A stretch of DNA of 63,644 bases, counting the filler. It is 6 parts of 6 records of this genome, joined end to end, with 100 filler letters (N's around TTAATTAATTAA, not from the genome) between each part and the next. Parts side by side here need not be neighbours in the genome. Positions count along the whole stretch, not along the records: positions 41,089 to 54,065 come from SRR20825019_1271; positions 54,166 to 63,644 come from SRR20825019_1274; 4 more parts are not named here. One strand, given 5' to 3'. Below, one piece after another: positions 51,627 through 61,421 of the stretch. Below the pieces are notes generated by a model, which was given only the letters and a program-made list of their open reading frames with translations, made no database searches and was not told the origin of the DNA. Position 1 is the stretch's first letter, and each line of letters opens with the position of its first letter. Position numbers and translations under genes: made by a program.

Positions 51627-52550
51627 TCAGGAGAGCGCTGCAATTCGCGCCGCCGCAATCCGTGCCGCAAGCGCCGCATTGTTCTTCACCAGCGCGATAT
51701 TCGCCTTCAGGCTGCGGCCCTCGGACAATTCATTGATCCGCGCCAGCAGGAACGGCGTCAGTTCCTTGCGGGCGATGCCGCGTTCCTCTGCCTCGCGCAC
51801 CGCATCGTCGATGGTGCCGTCGATGAATTCCGGCGTCAGCGCATCGGCTTCCGGCACCGGATTGGCGATCAGCATGCCGGTCCCGGTCGCAAGCCGGTCA
51901 TGGGCGATCATCGTCCGCGCGATCTCTTCGGCGCTGTCCAGCCTGTGGTCGGCCTTGCGACCGCTGGAACGGGTGAAAAAGGCCGGGAAATCGTCGCTGC
52001 GATAGGCGATCACCGGCACGCGCTGGGTTTCCAGATATTCGAGTGTCTTCGGAATATCGAGAATCGATTTCACCCCGGCGCAGATCACCGTCACGGGCGT
52101 GCGTCCGAGTTCCGTCAGATCGGCGGAGATATCGAAGGTCTGTTCCGCGCCGCGATGCACGCCGCCGACGCCGCCGGTGGCAAAGATCGGAATACCCGCC
52201 AGCGCGGCGACCTTCATCGTCGCCGAAACCGTGGTGCCGGCCGTCTGGCCCTTGACCATCGCCACCGCAAGGTCGCGGCTTGAGGCCTTGACGACGCCCT
52301 TTTCAACCTTCGCCAGCCGCTCGATCACGTCGCGGTCGAGGCCGGCATGGAGCTTGCCGTCGATCACCGCGATGGTGGCCGGCACCGCGCCATTTTCCCG
52401 CACCACGGCTTCAACGCCGAGCGCGGTTTCAAGATTTGCGGGATACGGCATGCCGTGGGTGATGATGGTCGATTCCAGTGCCACGACCGGCCTGCCCTGA
52501 GACAGCGCCTCTTTAACATCCGTGCCGAGAATGATTTCGATATCAGACAC
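51627..52550 (-). CDS. psuG: Pseudouridine-5'-phosphate glycosidase
   Basis: VVALESTIITHGMPYP, FATGGVGGVHRGA, DISADL.EL, AGVKSILD; GTG start inferred. Confidence 0.95.
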   Translation of the reverse strand: MSDIEIILGTDVKEALSQGRPVVALESTIITHGMPYPANLETALGVEAVVRENGAVPATIAVIDGKLHAGLDRDVIERLAKVEKGVVKASSRDLAVAMVKGQTAGTTVSATMKVAALAGIPIFATGGVGGVHRGAEQTFDISADLTELGRTPVTVICAGVKSILDIPKTLEYLETQRVPVIAYRSDDFPAFFTRSSGRKADHRLDSAEEIARTMIAHDRLATGTGMLIANPVPEADALTPEFIDGTIDDAVREAEERGIARKELTPFLLARINELSEGRSLKANIALVKNNAALAARIAAARIAALS

Positions 52551-53673
52551 GTATTTCTCCTTCGATTGGTCCGAGGCGGTGAAGATTGGCCTCGACAAGG
52601 TGGATGGACATTTTCGGATGGACGCTTGCGGCGCTTTCGGTGGTCAGCGCCGCGATCAACGCGCCCCGCCGCACGGCCTCATGAAGCGCGCCGCTCTCAA
52701 GATAGTGGTGAAGGGTTCCGGCAATCATCGCATCGCCGGCGCCGGTCATATCCACCGGCCTTGCGGCCACCACCGGCACCGTGCTTGCCGTGCCACCTGC
52801 AGAGATCACGGCGCCGAGGGTGCCGGAGGTCAGGATCACAATCGTCGCGCCAGCCTCATTCAGCGCTTTCGCTGCCTGCTGCATTCCATTGATATCTCTC
52901 GAAAATGGTGAGCCAATATAGGCGCAAGCCTCGTCCAGGTTGAGGAACAGAAGATCGACGCCCGAAAGATCTTCGGGAAGCTTCTTCACCTTCGGCGTCG
53001 AGACCGCGTCGATCGCCAGTTCGAACCGCCCGGCGCGCCGTTGTTCGATCAGGGCGGCAAGCGTTGGCTCCGGCAGGTTGCAATCGGCAAACACCAGCCT
53101 TGCGGCGGCAAGGGACGGTGCTGCATTGGCAAGAAGCTCCGGCGTCAACCGGTCGAAGATCGCCATGTCGGCAATGCCGTAGGCAAGGTCGCCGCCGGGT
53201 TCCAGAATGGCGGCATATTCCGCTGTCCGCTCGTCCGGCAATGCATAGAGATTGGCGACATCGACGCCCCGCGCGCCGAGATGGCGGGCGAGATCGCGCC
53301 CGCTTTCATCCGCGCCCACGGCGGAGACGAAGCTGACGCTGGCGCCAAGCGCCGCCAGGTTTTCGGCGACATTGCGGGCGACGCCGCCGAAGCTGCGCAT
53401 GCCCTCGACCGGGTTCGAGGTTCCCGCGATCAGTGGCGCGCGGGCGAGATATTTCCGGTCGATCACCGCCCCGCCGATGACAACCACACGCCCCTCCTCC
53501 GGCAGCAGATAGCCGCGACCGAGAATATGGCCGCGCTCGGTGAGCCTCACCACTTGGGCCGCAACCGCAGAACGCGACAGGCCAAGCTGATCGGCCATCT
53601 GCTGCTGGCCGGCAAACGGGTTTTCTCGGATGAGAGCGAGCAGCGCCTGCTCGGTTTCGCTGAGCTCATGCAT
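52543..53673 (-). CDS. psuK: HTH-PfkB fusion, pseudouridine kinase-like
   Basis: N-terminal HTH, GGVARNVAENLA.LG, DMTGAGDA; overlaps psuG. Confidence 0.85.
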   Translation of the reverse strand: MHELSETEQALLALIRENPFAGQQQMADQLGLSRSAVAAQVVRLTERGHILGRGYLLPEEGRVVVIGGAVIDRKYLARAPLIAGTSNPVEGMRSFGGVARNVAENLAALGASVSFVSAVGADESGRDLARHLGARGVDVANLYALPDERTAEYAAILEPGGDLAYGIADMAIFDRLTPELLANAAPSLAAARLVFADCNLPEPTLAALIEQRRAGRFELAIDAVSTPKVKKLPEDLSGVDLLFLNLDEACAYIGSPFSRDINGMQQAAKALNEAGATIVILTSGTLGAVISAGGTASTVPVVAARPVDMTGAGDAMIAGTLHHYLESGALHEAVRRGALIAALTTESAASVHPKMSIHLVEANLHRLGPIEGEIRV

Positions 53674-53978
53674 GGCGCGCGGACGCCTTCATCAATGGAA
53701 AACATTTAAAAACAGATAGTTGCATTGATTTCACAAACCGTTTTCCGCTGCCGTCGTCATCCTGGGGTCAGGCCAGAGCATGGATTGCCGCGCGCGACGC
53801 CGTAACAATTGTTTTCAATTTAACATTTGTTACGGCGTCGCGCCAGAGATGAACTGCTCGAGGCGCACTTTTCGCGAAGTTTCCGCGCGCCATGCCTTTT
53901 TTCCCCGCGACCGCGATGCTATAGCCCTCGGGAAACGTTGAAACACGGGCTTTCAGGCCCCGCAGACGAGGAAGAAGC

Positions 53979-54065
53979 ATGACGAAGATCAAGGTGGCAA
54001 ATCCGGTTGTCGATCTCGACGGCGATGAAATGACGCGCATCATCTGGCAGTTCATCAAGGAAAAG
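53979..54065 (+). CDS. icd: NADP-dependent isocitrate dehydrogenase (5' fragment)
   Basis: [29 protein letters not shown]. Confidence 0.93.
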
Positions 54066-54165
54066 NNNNNNNNNNNNNNNNNNNNNNNNNNNNNNNNNNN
54101 NNNNNNNNNTTAATTAATTAANNNNNNNNNNNNNNNNNNNNNNNNNNNNNNNNNNNNNNNNNNNN
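54066..54165. other. Artificial contig linker
   Basis: N-TTAATTAATTAA-N. Confidence 0.98.
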
Positions 54166-54758
54166 TCCGCCAGCCACCAGCACTGCACGCCGCCCATTGA
54201 GCCACATGCGACAAACACGGGCGCGCCCGGCGAAGCGGCCGCGTAATGGGAGATGAGCGCCGCGATCTGTTGTTTCCCACGTGCCTCGAAATCCGCGACA
54301 TCAGGCGACAGATACAGCCCGCCGCTCTTCACCATCAGGTTCTTGATGCGGTTGAAATTGCCGCCGAAGGTGAAATCGTTCACACCCTGCCGTCGGTTGC
54401 CGCCCTGCCCATGCAGATAGATCACGATGGCGCTCGCGCCCCTGGTCTTCCCCACTGCAAAATATCGAACCGGGCCGGCTTCTGTCCGAAGTGAAAGCTC
54501 CTGCTGCGCGCTGCGCACACCAGTGGAGACATAGCGGCCCTCGACGCGGCGCTCCGGCACAGCATCGCGGCCATTGATGTCACGCATTTCCTGGTAGTCG
54601 ACAACGCGGTAGGCGCCGCCATCACTTGCCCCAAGAAAAGCCGGATAGGCAAAGAGCCGGTCCTTGTGCGCAGCGAGTTCGAAAGCCTGCGTCGCTGTTA
54701 CTCCACAAAACGCGAAAATGGAGAAAAAACAGAGGTTTGTAATGGAAATGAAACTCAT
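54166..54758 (-). CDS. Exported alpha/beta hydrolase (3'-truncated)
   Basis: Signal-like N-terminus, IYLHGQGG, nucleophile elbow CGSMGG. Confidence 0.7.
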
Positions 54759-56362
54759 TGATTCAACACGCCACCCGCTTTTTCCAGGGCCTCCGGCGTG
54801 TCCACGTCGATATGTGCCGCCGCACCCGTCTCCACATCGATCACCGAAACCAGCCCCTGTTCCACCACATGCCTTGCGCCCGTGTCGCCTTCAAGCCGCG
54901 CCACTTCGGCAAAGAGCACGCGTGGAAGGATCACCGGATTGCCGCGTTTGCCATTGTGGGTTGCCCGAACCACGGAATTGCCGCCCGCCTTCACAAACGC
55001 GTCCACGAGCCGGTTGAGATCCTCGCTTCCGATCTGCGGCATGTCCGCCAGCATGATAAGCGCACCAGCAGCCTCTTCCGGCAGTGCGGAAATGCCGGTT
55101 TTGAGAGAGGTCGACAGCCCCTCCTGATAGGCTCCGTTGATCGCAATGCCCAGACCAAGTCCGTCAAGCGCCGTCTTCACCCGCTCCGCCTCATGCCCGA
55201 GCACGGCCACAGCCCCTTTGATGTAGGCCTTCGCAAGTTCGGCTCCAGTCCGGCGCACCAGCGGCACGTCATCGAAACTGGCGAGGAGCTTGTTGTGGGC
55301 TCCCATCCGCCGCGACTGTCCAGCCGCCAGAAGCACGCCCCACACAGCCAACTCGCGCGACGGGGCTTTTCCTTCGCGCGGCTGAGGCCGCGTCGGAATT
55401 TCGGCGAGCAGCCCGCCGACCCCCATCCCGGCAATATCTGACGATAAAACGGCGATCCCGGCCATCAGCCGATCGAGTACCCAGTCGAAACCATTCGTTT
55501 TCGGGCTGCGCGCGCACCCGGGCGCGCCGATCACCGGCTTGCCATCAATGGTGCCAATCACCAGAAGATTACCCGGATCAACCGGCATGCCGACCCGCTC
55601 CACAGTCCCGCCGGCTTTGTGGATCGCAGCCGGGATCACGTCGTCCGCGTCACACACGGCCGATGCGCCGAAAACGAGCAGCATGTCGCTTTCATCCTTG
55701 AGCGCCGTGATGGCGCGCGCGACGGCGTCGGCCTCATGTGCAGGCCGCAGCTCGCGCGTGACATGGCTCCCCGAACGCGCCAGCCGCTCACCAGTGATCC
55801 GCGCCGTTTTGTCGAGAACGCTGTCTTTCAGGCCCGGCAGCGCCGTCTGCACCACGCCAACCGAATGCGGCCGGAACGGTGCAACGCGAAACACGTCCTC
55901 ACGGATCTCGTCCACCGCCTCGCTCACCCTGCGAGCAGGGACGGCAAAGGGGATGATCTTCACCGTCGCCACCATCTGCCCTTCGGTCACCGGGCTGTAA
56001 TCTGGCAGCGTGGCAAGCGTGATGGCCGGGTCAACGGCGTTCAGCCGGTCCACAGCCTCCTTGTCGACGATGAAGAGACCTGCCTTTTCAGCATAAAAGT
56101 TCACCCGCCCCGTGGAGGGAGGCCGCACGGCAATTCCGTCAACGGCAAGCCGTTTCGCCAGCCGTTCTGCCGCCTGATCCTCGTCCAGATCGTCAGGTTC
56201 GAGCTTGGCCGCAATCACGGTCGAAACACCTTCCGCCCGCAAAAGTGCAACGTCTTCTGCCGTCAGCCGGTGCGCCTTGCGCAGGCGCGTGCCGCCGGCC
56301 AGCGTCGAATGCGCAAGCACCGCCCCTTCGGCGTCCTTGATGGCGAGCGGCCCAAACTTCAC
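54755..56362 (-). CDS. Molybdopterin-binding domain + MocA-like nucleotidyltransferase fusion
   Basis: GMPVDPGNLL, GAPGCARS; LLAAGQSRRMG..NKLL, LADMP, GNPV, DVDTPE. Confidence 0.9.
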   Translation of the reverse strand: MKFGPLAIKDAEGAVLAHSTLAGGTRLRKAHRLTAEDVALLRAEGVSTVIAAKLEPDDLDEDQAAERLAKRLAVDGIAVRPPSTGRVNFYAEKAGLFIVDKEAVDRLNAVDPAITLATLPDYSPVTEGQMVATVKIIPFAVPARRVSEAVDEIREDVFRVAPFRPHSVGVVQTALPGLKDSVLDKTARITGERLARSGSHVTRELRPAHEADAVARAITALKDESDMLLVFGASAVCDADDVIPAAIHKAGGTVERVGMPVDPGNLLVIGTIDGKPVIGAPGCARSPKTNGFDWVLDRLMAGIAVLSSDIAGMGVGGLLAEIPTRPQPREGKAPSRELAVWGVLLAAGQSRRMGAHNKLLASFDDVPLVRRTGAELAKAYIKGAVAVLGHEAERVKTALDGLGLGIAINGAYQEGLSTSLKTGISALPEEAAGALIMLADMPQIGSEDLNRLVDAFVKAGGNSVVRATHNGKRGNPVILPRVLFAEVARLEGDTGARHVVEQGLVSVIDVETGAAAHIDVDTPEALEKAGGVLNQ

Positions 56363-57063
56363 GACGGGAGGTCCCCGCCATCAAATCCGCGCGTCCTCAG
56401 CGCCCTGATAACCGCGCCGAGCACCGCCACGGCGATCTCGGCCGGCGTCGCTGCTCCGATATCGAGGCCGATGGGCGCATCGATCCGCTCCAGCGCGGCG
56501 CTGGCGACGCCCGTATCCATCAAACGCTCCACACGCCTGGCATGGGTCTTCCGGCTTCCCAGCGCACCGATGTAAAAACACTTCGCCTCGAAGGCTGCCT
56601 TCAAGGCCGGATCGTCGATTTTCGGGTCATGGGTGAGAGCTGCCAGTGCCGTATAGGCATCGAGCGGCTGGCGCGCCAGCGCTTCATCCGGCCATTCGGC
56701 GTGTAGCGCCACACCGGGAAACCGCTCCGGCGAGGCAAAGGCCGTGCGCGGGTCGATGATCGTCAGGTCAAACCCGGCAATCTTCGCCATCGGCGCCAGC
56801 GCCTGGCTGATATGCACCGCGCCAATCACCACGAGACGCGGCGCGGGCAGATGCACGTTGAGGAAAAAATTCCGACCGTCGACCTCCGCCACACCAGATT
56901 TTCCGGAACGGAAGACGCGCGCCACGGCCTCACCCAGGGCTCCCGCCACCGCATCGCCCTCGCAGATCACCCGGTCTCGTCCGTCGCCCAGATCCGTCAA
57001 CAGGATCGCGGCCCTGCGGTCGCGCCGCAGCGCGTTCAGCTTCTTCAGCGAATGCGGATCCAC
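56359..57063 (-). CDS. XdhC/CoxF-family accessory protein (XdhC_C)
   Basis: GAVHI, THDPKIDD, YIGALGSRKT, PIGLDIGA.TPAEIA. Confidence 0.92.
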   Translation of the reverse strand: MDPHSLKKLNALRRDRRAAILLTDLGDGRDRVICEGDAVAGALGEAVARVFRSGKSGVAEVDGRNFFLNVHLPAPRLVVIGAVHISQALAPMAKIAGFDLTIIDPRTAFASPERFPGVALHAEWPDEALARQPLDAYTALAALTHDPKIDDPALKAAFEAKCFYIGALGSRKTHARRVERLMDTGVASAALERIDAPIGLDIGAATPAEIAVAVLGAVIRALRTRGFDGGDLPS

Positions 57064-57401
57064 TAGCCAAGCCTCTCCACATAAACCCTGATGCGTCCGC
57101 CGCAGGAAAGGCCCACCTCCCAGGCGGCCTCGTCGGCGACACCGAATTCCAGCATGCGCGCCTTGCCCTCGGCAAGCACATCTGCAGCTTCTGCGATCAC
57201 CGCGCCTTCCACACAGCCGCCCGAAACCGAGCCCTCGAAACTGCCGTCCGCGTCGATCACGAGATGGCTGCCAACCGGACGCGGCGCAGATCCCCAGGTT
57301 TCAACCACGGTGGCAATCACCACATCGCGGCCGGCCTTCATCCATTCTTCCGCGATCATCAGCGGATCGCGCGCATGGTCTCTTTCAACAAGATCAGACA
57401 T
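57063..57401 (-). CDS. XdhC/CoxI N-terminal domain protein
   Basis: ATVVETWGSAPRP.G, GSVSGGCVE, VGLSCGG. Confidence 0.92.
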   Translation of the reverse strand: MSDLVERDHARDPLMIAEEWMKAGRDVVIATVVETWGSAPRPVGSHLVIDADGSFEGSVSGGCVEGAVIAEAADVLAEGKARMLEFGVADEAAWEVGLSCGGRIRVYVERLG

Positions 57402-58656
57402 TGGCGTTTCTCCCGCCTTTCATATGGGCACGCTGGAAGTGCCGTGCCAAGTCCCCGCTGCTTGTCGGTGCCGTCAGCGCGGCCACGAGATCACCAAGCG
57501 CGTCGAGCGTGTGCACCGCGCGCAGCTCATCCACATATGGCAGCATGGCCCGCATGCCGCGTGCGCGCGGCTCGAACCCGTCAAACCCGAGCAAGGGGTT
57601 CAGCCAGATCAACCGCCGGCAGGATTTCGAAAGCCGCTCCATCTCGCGTGACAGAACCTCGATATGGTCGCGCTCCAGTCCGTCCGTGATCAAAAGCACG
57701 ATGGCGCCCTGCCCCAGAACCCGGCGCGACCAGAGGCGGTTGAAGTCACCGAGCGCCGTGCCGATCCGTGTGCCGCCCGACCAGTCGCGCACGGTCCCCG
57801 AAGCCTCGTCCATCGCCTCGTCGGGATCGCGACGGCTGAGCGCACGCGTGATGTTGGTCAGCCGCGTGCCGAAGGTGAAACTGTGAACGCGCCGGCGCTT
57901 CTCCGTCAGCGCATGCAAAAAATGCAGGAAAACACGCGAATACTGGCTCATCGAGCCCGAAATATCCACCAGCGCCACCAGCGGTGGGGCGGTCTCACGC
58001 GGTGAGCGGAATTTCGGAAGGATCAGGTCCCCGCCCGTGCGCAGGCTCGACCGCAGCATGGCGTGAGGGTCGATCCGCACGCCATGGGGATCGGGTCTGA
58101 AGCGGCGCGTCGCTATCCTGTCGAACGGCAGGGCAAGGTCGCGCATCGCAAGGCGGGCCTCCGCCAGCTCCGCAGCCGACATCTGCGCGAAATCCTTGCC
58201 GCGCAGCACCTCCATCGCCGTAAAGGAAAGGCGCGCATCCAGCTCGAATTCCGGGCGTTTCCTGATGATCGCGCGCCGTTCCTCCTCGAGCGCATCTTCC
58301 GCACGGCGGTCGCCGGCGCGCTTTTTCTCGCGCAGCACTTCCGCCTCCTCGCCATCCTCGCCGCCGTCCGCATCGTCGCGATCCTCGCGACGGGCCCAGT
58401 AAAGACGGAACACGGCATCGAACACTGCGTGGTCCTCGCGCCGTGAAATCATGGTCGAATGCAGCGTCCAGTAGAAATCGGAGCGGTTCTCAATGCCGAC
58501 CGAAAGCACGGCGCGCACCGCATCCATCACTGACGCAGGCCCGATCCTGAGACCGGCGCGGCGCAGCATCCGGGCAAAGCCGACAATGCGGTTTGCAAGC
58601 CGCGCGCCCTCGGGTTCTGGCAGGGCGTCTTTGGGCATTGCCGGGGCGGCGGCCAT
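57394..58656 (-). CDS. coxE: CoxE-like VWA domain protein
   Basis: DISGSM, FGTRLTNIT, WSGGTRIG, ITDG, WLNPL. Confidence 0.85.
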   Translation of the reverse strand: MAAAPAMPKDALPEPEGARLANRIVGFARMLRRAGLRIGPASVMDAVRAVLSVGIENRSDFYWTLHSTMISRREDHAVFDAVFRLYWARREDRDDADGGEDGEEAEVLREKKRAGDRRAEDALEEERRAIIRKRPEFELDARLSFTAMEVLRGKDFAQMSAAELAEARLAMRDLALPFDRIATRRFRPDPHGVRIDPHAMLRSSLRTGGDLILPKFRSPRETAPPLVALVDISGSMSQYSRVFLHFLHALTEKRRRVHSFTFGTRLTNITRALSRRDPDEAMDEASGTVRDWSGGTRIGTALGDFNRLWSRRVLGQGAIVLLITDGLERDHIEVLSREMERLSKSCRRLIWLNPLLGFDGFEPRARGMRAMLPYVDELRAVHTLDALGDLVAALTAPTSSGDLARHFQRAHMKGGRNANV

Positions 58657-59574
58657 TCAGCCGACCCTCACCTCTTCCAGAACCCGCACGCCCTCGCCCT
58701 CCTCCATCCGTGCAATATCGTCCTGGTATTTCAGGAGAACGCCCATTGTGTCGGACACGGTTTCGGCATCGAGCGCCTCCTTGCCCAGCGCGGTCAGCGC
58801 TGTGGCCCAGTCGATCGTTTCGGCAACGCCGGGGGCCTTGAAGAGATCGAGCTCACGCAATTTCTGAACGAACACCACGACCTGTTTTGCGAGCGTCGCG
58901 TTGGCATTCGGCACCTTGCGGGCAAGAATATCGAGCTCGCGCTGCGCGTCCGGGTAATCGACCCAGTGGTATAGGCAGCGCCGCTTCAGCGCGTCGTGGA
59001 TTTCGCGCGTGCGGTTGGTGGTGATGACGACAATCGGCGGTTCGGCAGCCTTTATCGTGCCCAGTTCCGGCACGCTCACCTGAAAGTCGGATAGCACTTC
59101 CAGAAGATAAGCCTCGAAGGCCTCGTCGGCCCGGTCAAGCTCATCGATCAGAAAGACCGGCGGTCCGCCGGTGCTGCTCTCCAGCGCTTCCAGAACTGGA
59201 CGCCGGATCAGGTATTTTTCAGAAAAAACACCGCTTTCCATTTCCGCGCGGTCATCAATGCCCGATGCCTCGGCCATGCGGATCTCGATCATCTGCGCGG
59301 CGTAGTTCCACTCATAGACGGCGGAGGAGACGTCGAGACCCTCATAACATTGCAGCCGGATGAGTTTACGGCCGAGCCGGTCGGCAAGCACCTTGGCGAT
59401 CTCTGTCTTGCCGACACCCGCCTCGCCTTCCAGAAACAGCGGCCGCTGCATGGTCAGGCTGAGAAAAAGCACGGTGGCAAGCGAGCGGTCGGCCACATAG
59501 CCGCCCTCGGTCAGAAGCGCCAGTGTTTCATCGATGGATTGCGGCAGGCCGCGGGTGCTCGATTGGGCCATCAT
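58657..59574 (-). CDS. coxD: CoxD-like MoxR AAA+ ATPase
   Basis: GEAGVGKT, RLQCYEGLD, LIDELD, HDALKRRC. Confidence 0.85.
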   Translation of the reverse strand: MMAQSSTRGLPQSIDETLALLTEGGYVADRSLATVLFLSLTMQRPLFLEGEAGVGKTEIAKVLADRLGRKLIRLQCYEGLDVSSAVYEWNYAAQMIEIRMAEASGIDDRAEMESGVFSEKYLIRRPVLEALESSTGGPPVFLIDELDRADEAFEAYLLEVLSDFQVSVPELGTIKAAEPPIVVITTNRTREIHDALKRRCLYHWVDYPDAQRELDILARKVPNANATLAKQVVVFVQKLRELDLFKAPGVAETIDWATALTALGKEALDAETVSDTMGVLLKYQDDIARMEEGEGVRVLEEVRVG

Positions 59575-59615
59575 TCCCCCAAAGTGTTTCCCGGATGGAG
59601 CTCAGGATCGAGAAG

Positions 59616-60116
59616 CTACAATACCCGGTAGCCGCGTTCATGATAGAGGAGCGGGCTGGATTTTTCGCCGATGCTGAGACCGGCAACCCGGCCGAAATAG
59701 ACCCGGTGCGTGCCCAGTTCCACGGTCTCGACCACGTGGCAGTCGAAAACAGCCAGCGCGTCGGGAAGTGTGGGCGCGCCGGTGGCGATCGTTTCCCAAT
59801 TCGCAAGAGCAAAGCGATCTTCGGGCGAAAGCCCGGTTAGTCCAGAGAATGCGTTGGAGAGATCCTGATGGTCCGCCGTCAATGTGTTGAGTGCGAACAC
59901 ACCATTCTTCACAAAGCTGTCATTGTTCGGGTTTTCGCGATTGAGGCAAACCAGTACCGTGGGTGGATTGTCGGAAACCGAACAGGCTGCAATGGCCGTC
60001 ACGCCGCGCCTGCCAGCCGGCCCATCGGTGGTGACCACATGAACGGCGCCGGCAAAACGTGCCATGGCATCGCGATAGTGGCGTGGCTCGATCTCGTTGG
60101 TCTTAAGCACAGTCAA
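59616..60116 (-). CDS. Flavin reductase (RutF/HpaC-like); start may be GTG 60110
   Basis: YRDAMARFAGAVHVVTT, SVSDNPP, GTH.VYFG, PLLY. Confidence 0.9.
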   Translation of the reverse strand: MTVLKTNEIEPRHYRDAMARFAGAVHVVTTDGPAGRRGVTAIAACSVSDNPPTVLVCLNRENPNNDSFVKNGVFALNTLTADHQDLSNAFSGLTGLSPEDRFALANWETIATGAPTLPDALAVFDCHVVETVELGTHRVYFGRVAGLSIGEKSSPLLYHERGYRVL

Positions 60117-60362
60117 CTCTTTTCAACTCTCATGCGCGATATAGGGTCGGTGGAGAGCCATACCAAGGCGCACCGATACCCGACAGTGCAAAAAGCAGAA
60201 AAAGCGGTACGCCAGCCGAACACTTCAGGCACGAGACTATTACCAGAAGTGCTTTATGACACAGTTATTTACCAGTTCAGCAGCTTTGCGGTTAAGTTCT
60301 GATGCCGGCGGGCTGATTCCCATGCTACTGCGTGACCGTCAAACGGGTAACTGAACCACGAT

Positions 60363-61421
60363 ATGCGTCGCTTCGCCATTTTCATCTTTTGCAGCCTCGC
60401 TGCCTTCAGTCAGCCTGCCGCCCATGCGCAGGAGCCGCTCGTGGGGCTGGCCGCGCCATTGACCGAGAATTTTGAGCTGCTTGGACAGCAGATGCGTGAC
60501 GGAGCGCGTGTGGCGGCTCAGTCCACCGGTGCGCAGATCGTTGAAGCCGATACGCAGTGCAGCACTGAAGGTGGGCAGGCCGCGGCCCGCTCACTCATCG
60601 ATCAGAAAGTGTCAGTGGTGGTGGGCTTTCTGTGTACAGACGCCATCGACGCAGCTCTCCCTCTCCTGGCGGAAGCCGGCATTCCCGTCATAACGCCCGG
60701 GGTGCGCACCTCAGCCCTGACCGATCAGCGCGAGCGCACAGGCTGGCCGATTTTTCGTACGGCACCGCGAGCTGATGCGGAGCGCGATGCTGTAGCTCGC
60801 CTACTCCTGCCCCGCTGGCGTGATGCCTTCTTTGCCATTGTGGACGATGGGACGATCTATGGGCGCGAACTGGCGGAAAACCTGCGCGCCACTGCCGAGC
60901 TGCAGGAACTCAAGCCCGTCTTCCTCGATACGTTCCGCCCGCAGCTCGACAACCAGATCGCACTGGCCGGCCGCCTGAAACGCTCGGGCGCGACCCATGT
61001 ATTCGTGGGTGGTGATCGCAGCGATATTGCCATTCTGGCTCGCGACGCAGCGGGCATGGAGTACGATCTGGTCATTGCTGGCGGCGAAGCGTTGCGCGCG
61101 GAGGAAAGCGCCATACCGCTTGCGGAGGGAACGCTGATGATTGGTCTGCCGCGGTGGGCCGATATTGCCACCGAGACCGCCAGAAGCGCCCTCGATGATG
61201 CAGGCATCGTTCCCGACGGATACGTTTTGCCTGCCTTTGCAGCCACCGAACTTGCCGTCGCCGCGCTTCGTGCCGGGTCCGGCCCCATCGTCCAGGCACT
61301 CCAGTCCGGCACGTTCCAGACAGCGCTCGGACCTTATTCCTTCGATGAGAAGGGCGATCTGGAGCAACCCCTTTACCGGCTGTTCTTCTTTGACGGGCAG
61401 ACGTTTGAGGAGGTTGAGTGA
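60363..61421 (+). CDS. Branched-chain amino acid ABC substrate-binding protein (LivJ/K-like)
   Basis: Signal peptide, APLT......G, DTQC, VVGFLC, DDGTIYGR.LA, FDEKGD. Confidence 0.85.
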   Translation: MRRFAIFIFCSLAAFSQPAAHAQEPLVGLAAPLTENFELLGQQMRDGARVAAQSTGAQIVEADTQCSTEGGQAAARSLIDQKVSVVVGFLCTDAIDAALPLLAEAGIPVITPGVRTSALTDQRERTGWPIFRTAPRADAERDAVARLLLPRWRDAFFAIVDDGTIYGRELAENLRATAELQELKPVFLDTFRPQLDNQIALAGRLKRSGATHVFVGGDRSDIAILARDAAGMEYDLVIAGGEALRAEESAIPLAEGTLMIGLPRWADIATETARSALDDAGIVPDGYVLPAFAATELAVAALRAGSGPIVQALQSGTFQTALGPYSFDEKGDLEQPLYRLFFFDGQTFEEVE

